A stretch of DNA of 64,000 bases from the human T2T-CHM13v2.0 reference genome, Homo sapiens: assembly GCA_009914755.4 (NCBI GenBank), contig CP086569.2, positions 16,544,001 through 16,608,000 of the forward strand, in the 5' to 3' direction. The number at the start of each line of letters is the position of its first letter. Position 1 is the first letter of the stretch. The translations under genes and the position numbers were made by a program. The notes under the pieces are model-generated. The model ran no database searches. It saw only the letters and a list, made by a program, of their open reading frames with translations, and had not been told where the DNA came from. Positions 54,677 to 64,000 of this stretch are shown here, in pieces.

Positions 54677-55182
54677 TTTCATGCGCGTTTGTGTAAAAAG
54701 ACCACCAAACAGGCTTTGTGTGAGCAATAAAGCTTTTAATCACCTGAGTGAAGGCGGGCTGAGTTCAAAAAGAGAGTCAGTGAAGGGAGATGGGGTGGGG
54801 CCATTTTATAAGATTTGGGTAGGTAAAGGAAAATTACAGTCAAAGGGAGTTTGTTCTCTGGCAGGCAGGAGTGGGGATCACAAGGTGCTCAGTGGGGGAG
54901 ATTTGTGAGCCAGGATGAGCCAGGAAAAGGACTTTCACAAGGTAATGTCATCACTTAAGGCAAGGATCAGACATTTTCATTTCTTTTGTGGTGGAATATC
55001 ATCAGTTAAGGCAAGGACCAGACCGGCCATTTACACTTCTTTTGTGGTGCAATGTCATCAGTTAAGGCGAGGCAGGGCATATTCACTTCTTTTGTGATTC
55101 TTCAGTTACTTCAAGCCATCTGGACATATATGTGCAAGTCACAGGGGATATGATGGCTTGGCTTGGGCTTAGAGGCCTGACA
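54677..55182 (-). mobile_element. LTR7-family (HERV-H) solo LTR
   Basis: Reverse complement begins TGTCAGGCCTCTAAGCCCAAGCCAAGCCATCATATCCCCTGTGACTTGCACATATATGTCCAGATGGCTTGAAGTAACTGAAGAATCACAAAAGAAGTGAATATGCCC.. Ends ..CTCAGGTGATTAAAAGCTTTATTGCTCACACAAAGCCTGTTTGGTGGTC..ACGCGCATGAAA. Contains three tandem ~54-57 bp units (54947-55108), the variable repeat region typical of LTR7. No HERV-H internal sequence (PBS) seen in either flank. Confidence 0.7.
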
Positions 55183-56105
55183 CCCCCCTCCTCCTTGGTT
55201 TCTGTAAAGGAGAATGCTGCTGCTTTTTATAGAAGTAATTTCCCTGAGCATCTGATAAAAGTCAAATGCTAACATGATTCTATAAAACTGCATAGTAACA
55301 AAATTATTATCACCTAGTCATTTTTCTTTTCTTCCAGATATACATTAATCAGTACATTAGCAGTTGCAATTTAATAAAGACAAAATATAAAGTCTATTTG
55401 AGATCATAGACTTTGAGGTCAAGTGTATTTTGATACCAATGAATATGCTTGAAATCTGAAGTGACTTAACTTGCAGCTTGTTTCAAGAGCTCTTGTATCA
55501 TTATCAAATCGTAACCCAGAAATCTGTCTTTAACCGCACCCACCATCCTCACTAAAGTGACTGAGGTGTGTGTCTACATGGAATAATACCAATATGACTT
55601 CATTTTGAGGGAAATGGCTGACCCACCTTGTCTTATCCATGGTGGATTAGTAGTCCCTCAATAGGAAGGAGAGAACAAAATCAGCCTGGTTACACAGGAC
55701 CATGAAATACACATTTATAATTATGCAAATTCATCTATTGTTGACAGAAATTGCAACATTGATTTGTTGCTGTTTGACTTTGCATTTGAATACTTGCAAA
55801 CAAATTCCTTTCTTATTATACCTACTTTTTTCCTGCACTTCCTCCTAAATCTTTCAAACTAATTGCTTTGCATATCCTATAATCTGAGATCAGAGAGTAA
55901 CTCAAGTACAAATTGCCCCACTTCTCAGGAAAAGTGCACTGCTCTATAGTTGAAGCCATTTCAATTCTTTTGCAAACATATTCTGAATAATTTTTAGTCT
56001 AGTTTTATTTATTGCTGGGACCAGCTCCTCTCTTTAAGTGCCTCCCTGTGAACACAGCTTGACAAGGGTTAATTTGCAAGAACAAAATGTACACAGACCT
56101 GCAGA

Positions 56106-56141
56106 GTGTGTGTGTGTGTGTGTGTGTTTGTGTGTGTGTGG
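56106..56141. repeat. (GT)n dinucleotide microsatellite (about 17 units, one interruption)
   Basis: GTGTGTGTGTGTGTGTGTGTTTGTGTGTGTGTGG. Confidence 0.9.
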
Positions 56142-56279
56142 TGGAGAGGAACATTGGCTACTCTCCTTAATGAGAATGGAAGCTAAGCTTTAAATAAAGT
56201 TTTATGGGTCCTTAGAATTGGACAAATGCATCCATAGGGAGTGAAAGGGACTGAACAAGTGACAGAGCCTTTCCTGTGT

Positions 56280-56668
56280 GTTATGGGCTGAATTGTGTCA
56301 CCCCCCAGCCCTCACCACTGACCAATATTTAAATGTTGGAGACCTATCCCTCACGGCCCCATATTGTGACTTTATTTGGAGATATGGCCTTTAAATAGAT
56401 AATTAAATTAAAATGATGTCATTAGGGTGGACCCTGAATCAATAGGACTGGTGTTTTTATTAAAAAAAGGAGATGAGGACACAGACACACACAGAGGGAT
56501 GACCCTGTGAGGTCACAGGGGGAGATGGCTTCTACAAGTGAAGAGGAGAGGACTCAGGGGGAACCAATCATGCTCACACTTCCAGGATGATGAGAGAATA
56601 TATGTCTGTGGTTTATAAGCCACCAGTCTATGGTATTCTGTTTCAGTCACATGAAATGAACTAAGACA
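56280..56668 (+). mobile_element. MLT1-like MaLR LTR, copy A
   Basis: ..TGTGTCACCCCCCAGCCCTCACC...GAGATGAGGACACAGACACACACAGAGGGATGACCCTGTGAGGTCACAGGGGGAGATGGCTTCTACAAG...TGGTTTATAAGCCACCAGTCTATGGTATTCTGTTTCAGTCACATGAAATGAACTAAGACA. Confidence 0.5.
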
Positions 56669-56886
56669 TCTCACAAGAAGAGATGAGGACACAGCCACAC
56701 ACAGAGGATGACCCTGTGAGGACAGAGGGAAAAGATGCCATCTCCAACCCATGAGAGAGGCCTCAGGGCAAACCAGCCCTGCCCACACATTGGTGTCTGA
56801 CTTCTAGCCTCCAGGACTGTGAGAGAATACATTTAAGCTGTCCAGTCTGCTGTCCTTTGTTATAATAACAAGAACAAACTAATATA
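56669..56886 (+). mobile_element. MLT1-like MaLR LTR, partial copy B (3' two-thirds) directly abutting copy A
   Basis: ..AGATGAGGACACAGCCACACACAGAGGATGACCCTGTGAGGACAGAGGGAAAAGATGCCATCTCCAACCCATGAGAGAGGCCTCAGG...CTTCTAGCCTCCAGGACTGTGAGAGAATACATTTAAGCTGTCCAGTCTGCTGTCCTTTGTTATAATAACAAG. Confidence 0.45.
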
Positions 56887-57959
56887 CTATAAAAGGACAC
56901 TGTGTTGGGGTGCAAGTTGCCAAGGGAGGAGAGTGTGTTTAGGTGTAGCTGTCTTTCAAGGACAGATCAAGAGACCTAACTCATACCTGCCTTTGATGAT
57001 GCAAAGATGTGGATTTTTGGTAATTACAAAATGATACCCTCAGGTGTGGCAGTAAATAGTATTATGGTTGACCAGAGATTTGCATGCCCCAGTCTCCAGA
57101 ACCTGTGCAGTTGTTACATCCCACAGCCAAAGGGACTTTGCAGATGTGATTAAATTTGCAGACTTTAAAATAGTGAGATTATCCTGGTTTATCAGAATGG
57201 GCCCAGTTTAACCACTCAATCTTTTTAACATCTAAGAAGAGTTCATTTGAGAGATGTCATGGAAGAAGAAAAGCAAGGAACATGTGCGTCATTGCTGGTT
57301 CTGAGATATAGCCGGCTACATGCATGCATGGTCTTAGAGATGACTCTAGGAGCAGAAGGCAGTCACCACTGACAGCCAGAAAGACAAACAGGGACCTTAG
57401 TCCTACTGCAATGAACCAGATTGTGTCAACAACCTTAATGAGCCTGGAAATGGATTTTTCACAGAGTCCCCACATAAGAACCCAGCCCAGCTGACACCTT
57501 GATTTTACCATGGTTAGACTCTAAGTAGACAACTTCATGGAGCCACCAGGAATTCTGACTTACAGATTGGAGAACAAATAAATGGGTATTGTTTTAAGCT
57601 GCAGAATCTGTGGATATTAGCTACAGCAGCAATAGGAAACTAATATTGGTGTATTTTACAAATATTTTTGGTCTGTACTGATAACCTCAAGTGATTTTTA
57701 CCCTGACTGTATGAAGTATGGTCTGTGGACCAGCAGCCTAGACATCACTTGGGAGCTGTTTATAAATGCAGAAGCTCACCCCACCCTAGACCTCTTGCAT
57801 CAGAATCTGCGTTTGGGTAAGATGCCCAGGTAACTTTTGAGCACACCCAACAACTACCTCTATTCATTCAGAGATCTAAGCAGGATGAGGTACTATGTTT
57901 TTTGTTTAGCAACATCATGAGAGGTTAGCAAAATTACTTAAATAAAATAAAGAAAATAC

Positions 57960-58868
57960 ACAATGGCCAAATATGTGAAAGAATGTTGAACACAACTAAT
58001 CTTCAGGGAAATGCAAATCGTAGCCACAATGAGGTACCATCTTACTCCAGTTAGGATGGCTATTCTCAAGAGGACAAAAATCAACAATGGTGGTGAGGAT
58101 GTGCAGAAAAGGAACACTTAAATACTGTTAGAGGGAATGTAAATTAGTATCGCCACTATGGAAAGCTGAATGGAGGTTTCTTAAATAACTACAAACAGAA
58201 CTATTATATGATAGTTGTGTGGCAGTCCCACCACTGGGCATTTGTCCAAAGGGAAGGAAAGGAAATCAGTTTATGGAAGAGACATCTGCACCCCTGTGTT
58301 TATTAGCTGTTCATAATAGCCAACAGTAGATGAAGAAATAAAGAAATTCACTATATGCACACAACAGAGTACTATACAGCTATAAAAACAATTAAATCTT
58401 GTCATGAGCACCTCTGTGGGTGGAACTGGCACACATTATGTTAAGGGAAATAACTCTGAAACAGAATGTTAAATAACTTATGTTCTCACTCATATGTGAA
58501 AGCTGAAAATGATGCTGATCTAATAGACTTAAAAAGTATAACAGAGGATACTAGATGCTGGGAAGGGAAGGGAAAAGGAAGGGATAGGTAGAGATTTGTT
58601 CAACGATACAAAATTACAGCTAGATAAGAGGAATAGTTCTAGTGTTCTCTACCTGTATAGGACGACTGTAGTTAACAATAATATATTACACTGTTTCAAG
58701 TAGCTGGAAGGAGGATACTAAATATTCCCAACACAAAGAAATGATTAATATTTGAAATAATGGATGTGCTAATAACCCTGATATGATCACTATACATTAC
58801 ATGTATCAAAACATTACTATGTACCCATTAGTATATACTATTATTATGTATCAATTAAAATATAAAGA
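57960..58868 (+). mobile_element. ancient LINE-1 (L1M-type) 3' end
   Basis: ..GGGAAATGCAAATCGTAGCCACAATGAGGTACCATCTTACTCCAGTTAGGATGGCTATTCTCAAGAGGACAAAAATCAACAATGGTGGTGAGGATGTGCAGAAAAGGAACACTTAAATACTGTTAGAGGGAATGTAAATTAGT... is the typical L1M ORF2 C-terminal/3'UTR consensus. Highly diverged. Confidence 0.65.
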
Positions 58869-58956
58869 CTTTTTTGGATAAATCTCTTAAATCTCTTAGC
58901 TCTACCACATAATATATCATTTTTCATTATCTTTATGCATTTGAAGCTTTTTATGT

Positions 58957-59247
58957 TTTATTTATTTATTTTAAATAGCGTCTTAGTCTGTCGCCCAGGC
59001 TGGAGTGCATTGGCATGATCTCGGCTTACTGCAACCTCTGCCTCCCAGGTTCAAGTGTTCTCCTTCCTCAGCCTCCCTAGTAGTTGAGGTTACAGGCATG
59101 CACCACCATACCTGGCTAATTTTTGTATTTTTAGTAGAGAAGGGGTTTCACCATGTTGGTCAGGCTAGTCTAAAACTCTTGACCTCAAGAAATCACCCAC
59201 CTCGGCCTTCCAAAATGCTGGTTTTACAGGGCTGAGCCACCTCACAC
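58957..59247 (-). mobile_element. Alu SINE (antisense)
   Basis: ..GTCTTAGTCTGTCGCCCAGGCTGGAGTGCATTGGCATGATCTCGGCTTACTGCAACC...GCTGGTTTTACAGGGCTGAGCCACCTCACA. Confidence 0.9.
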
Positions 59248-60559
59248 AACCTGAATCTTTTCAAATGAATGTTATTTTCATAACCTGTTTTGTTGATGGC
59301 AAAGATTCTGTTAATGTGATATTGACAGGGAATTTCCTGGGAGTCAAAGTTACTTTAACAGGTATCTTGGCATTTTCCATTCCAAACTCTTTTCTCCATT
59401 AATGCTAATCCAGGCTGGGCAGGCAGCCACTGTTCTGGAGAAGTTAGACCAAGATCAGAAGCTAGGGAGTGTTCAACATTCATAAAACTGCCTTAAAATC
59501 CTGTTTTTCATCCTGTAAGCCTCAACTCTTCTTGAATTCCGTAACCCTATCCCTTCCATCAGCTGCTAGTGTCTATGATCCTCTGAATCCAGCCATGCCT
59601 TCCTCTCTTACTTTGCCAATGCTTTAAGCCTTGACTGGTACAATTCCCCTTGACAACTGCTCCAGGGAATTAGTGGACCTGTTAATAAACAATGTTCCAC
59701 TTCTCTAATCCGGGTCCTCTCAGCCTCATAAAACTGTTTATGATGTATTCTAACTCAGATCCTTGGTTTTACCAGGAGCAATATTCTCAGCTCTATTTTT
59801 ATCGTATGCAAGGTAAATATCAGCATGACTAAAAAAATTATTTTTGTTTTCATTCACTGGCACGCTAAGTAGGCAGTTTACTTATCAACCAATTTTTGAA
59901 GCACCTTGATTGTAAAAGATTAAGCAGAAATGCTGCCTGGTCTGGCTTCTCAAGAGATATGTTATCTAGAGTCAAACTCAGATAGATATCTGAAAAAAAG
60001 CAAATTGAACGTAGCTCAAAGAATAAGTCTGATGACTAATCTAGATGGATTTGGGAATCACTGACTAAACAAAACTTCCTCTAATAGCTTAAGAATATTC
60101 ATTTGATATGAAATTATCATATATGAAATTATCATGTATATATCATATCTCACTAAATGAAATTATCATTTAGTGTAAACTGCTTGCTGATTTTTTTATG
60201 GTGAACCTATTGAGTGTTGCTTAAATCTTCACATCTAAAAATATCCACCAGTAGTAATTAAACTGCTGTTATGATAAAGACAACCATGCTGTGGTACAGT
60301 TCATGTTCTGTGTATGATGATTTAACTACATGAACAGGTACACAGGATGTAGCTTGTTGAAAGCTACAATGGATGCATTTAATAAAGTCTATTACTGAAA
60401 TGTGTGCTTTTCACTGGTCATGGGTAGAATGCACAGTCATTTGGGAAATATAAATCATACAAAAATCAAAAATAAAAATATGCATAATTTGTATTCATTA
60501 ATATATACCATTAAAGAAGTGATGCAGCCAATTAGAGAGTTGAAAATAGTTTCACATAT

Positions 60560-61090
60560 CTGATGACTGACTGAATATATAAAGAACTTCTATAAGTCAA
60601 TATCAAAAAGATGTAGAAAAGCAAATAGAAAGGTGAGAAGGAATCAGATCTTTCAAAAGTGACTATTTAGAAAACCAATGAACATATTCAAAGCATCTCA
60701 AACTTACCAGCCATCAGGGATATGCAAATTGAAACCACTGTGTGATACCACTACACAACCTTCAGAATTTGCTAAAATCAAAAAGATAAACATCAAATAT
60801 TAGTGAAGACATGGAATTAATAGAAATTTCATACTTGATGGGTGAAAGTATAAATTGGTCATTTTAGAAAACTGTTGGGCAGTATTTAAATATTGCAGAA
60901 TGTATTCATGTTTTATGGGCCAACATTTCCAATCCTAAAAATCTGTACATTTGTTCACCATCAGAATGGAAATCACTGTTTTCGGCAGCACTATTTATAA
61001 TCATGTCAAATAGGACTCATGCCCTAACCACCATAAGATTTGAACCATCTCTTTCAGCCATAGACTAAGAAAACATTGAAGAAGTCTTGA
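60560..61090 (+). mobile_element. ancient LINE-1 (L1M-like) ORF2 3' fragment
   Basis: ..ACCAGCCATCAGGGATATGCAAATTGAAACCACTGTGTGATACCACTACACAACC.. resembles the L1M ..CATCAGGGAAATGCAAATCAAAACCACAATGAGATACCAC.. region. The rest is very diverged. Confidence 0.45.
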
Positions 61091-61583
61091 ATTTAAAAAA
61101 GTTTTTTGGAGTAGATAATGAAGCATGAGTTAAATTTCATCCTTGATTTGGTCTGAGTTTGCTTCTGCTCAAGCTAGCATGGTGCACATTTCTTTATGTT
61201 AACATGCCTCCAAGCACCCTGCATTTACCTGTGTTTCTGGTCATTTATTGGTGTATTTCCTGGTACTCACCCAGTGCCCAGCACAGAATACATGCCTGTG
61301 GAACTTCGTATGTAGTTATCAGCCAGCAAGAAACAAATAAATACATAAAATGATTTCTCAGACAGTAGAAGCATTTCCTGGTATTATTTTTTCCTTTGGA
61401 GTTTATTCAAAGCATTGTCTCAAAATGTTTAAAGGAGATTTTATTACGAGAGAGTATCTGTTATGTGATGTCTCTAACACTTATGTCAGCTAACTGGATT
61501 TCGTTACTGAGAAAAGATGAATGGATTTTGAGAATAAGCCTTGACGTTCTCTCATATCCTATTAAAAGACATTGCTAACTTGT

Positions 61584-61882
61584 GGCTAGGCATGGTGTCT
61601 CATGCCTGTAATCCTAGCACTTTGGGAGGTTGAGGTGGGCAGATCACTTGAGGTCATAAGTATGAGACCAGCCTGGCCAAGATGATGAAATTCTGTCTCT
61701 AGTAAAATTACAAAAATTATCTGGGTGTGGTGGCACACACCTGTAATCCCAGATACTCAGAAGGCTGAGGCCTGAGAATCACTTGAACCCAGGAGACAGA
61801 GGTTGCAGTGATCCAAGATTGCACGACTGCACTCAGCCTGGGTGACACAGCAGGACTCTGTCTCAAAAAAGAAGAAAAAAAG
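61584..61882 (+). mobile_element. Alu SINE (sense)
   Basis: GGCTAGGCATGGTGTCTCATGCCTGTAATCCTAGCACTTTGGGAGGTTGAGGTGGGCAGATCACTTGAGGTCA...CTGGGTGACACAGCAGGACTCTGTCTCAAAAAAGAAGAAAAAAAGAG. Confidence 0.9.
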
Positions 61883-62576
61883 AGGTTGCTAACTTGTGGT
61901 AAGTCACTCCCCAATAGGGAACTCCTTGTCTGTTATCTCAGACCTCTGCTTACTTCTAAGAGGACAAGGGGAGGACTCTTATCTCTGAAAACTTTTGGTA
62001 TGCCACACAGTTTGGTAAGTAAGCCAGCCCTCTGAAGAGTGGAGATTATATTGATTATTGTTTATTTAATAGTAATGCTGTAATATTAATTAAAAAATCC
62101 TTGTGCTGTGTCCTCTGGAGATGTGTAATTCCTATCCCTGGCATAAAATTGTCATTTTAAAAGATAATCTTGGCATGAAATCTTTGAGTTTTATTGAAGG
62201 GTATTATCACAAAGATAGGGAATGATAATATACTCTTTGTAACTGACTGAGCCCTTGTACTTGAACTTTAAGTCTCTTCACCCATCCTCTTCTGTGATAT
62301 GATAGGTAGAGTCCATTGTCTTTCATCCTTGAAAATGCATTTCAAGAGGTTACATGAAAGGGAAAACTCTTTGTTATTCTCTTTTTCTAATCTGAATAGA
62401 AAGCACACAGAAGTAACTTTCTGGAAATTTTGAAGTTAGGCAAGTGTGTGTTCAACAATATCAAATTATTATAATTCTGGGATATTTACCATGAGGTTAA
62501 TAATGCTATGATTGTTGATGAGGTTCATAGATGGCAAATATTAAATAATTTTATTTTTAGTCTTAATATTTGAAAG

Positions 62577-64000
<1,424 letters not shown>

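Noticed and set aside
54947-55108. Three tandem ~55 bp units that at first looked like an unannotated minisatellite.
   Set aside because: They sit inside the LTR7 (HERV-H) LTR, whose U3 is known to contain exactly this kind of variable tandem repeat. They are part of the element, not an independent feature.

Overview
This window is primate (almost certainly human) genomic DNA. It is AT-rich and repeat-dense, and it is not a prokaryotic or viral locus. I could not support any cellular protein-coding exon, rRNA, tRNA or CRISPR array from the sequence. Most ORFs in the supplied track are frameshifted LINE-1 ORF1/ORF2 remnants, Alu read-through, or translations of simple repeats.

Recognisable transposable elements and simple repeats account for nearly half of the 64 kb:
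- At least 11 LINE-1 segments (about 20 kb), including three LINE-1 insertions with 5' inversions.
- About 19 Alu elements, including a head-to-head pair of young AluY copies.
- Eight or more MaLR/ERV solo LTRs: THE1/MST x2, MLT1-like x5, a HERV-H LTR7, and an LTR12-like fragment nested inside an old L1.
- Several microsatellites, notably a roughly 570 bp compound (TATC)n/(TTCC)n/(TTTC)n tract.

The most mechanistically interesting observations are two twin-primed L1 insertions bounded by perfect target-site duplications of 14 bp and 16 bp. A third inverted L1 junction, a nested L1 cluster, the LTR12 and LTR7 LTRs, and the inverted AluY pair are also worth a second look.

I see no evidence of a novel biological system here. 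The window looks like ordinary gene-poor, retrotransposon-rich human sequence. All coordinates are approximate (roughly ±5-15 bp), apart from the two TSD pairs, which were counted base by base from the numbered listing; family assignments rest on my recall of consensus sequences, not on a database search.
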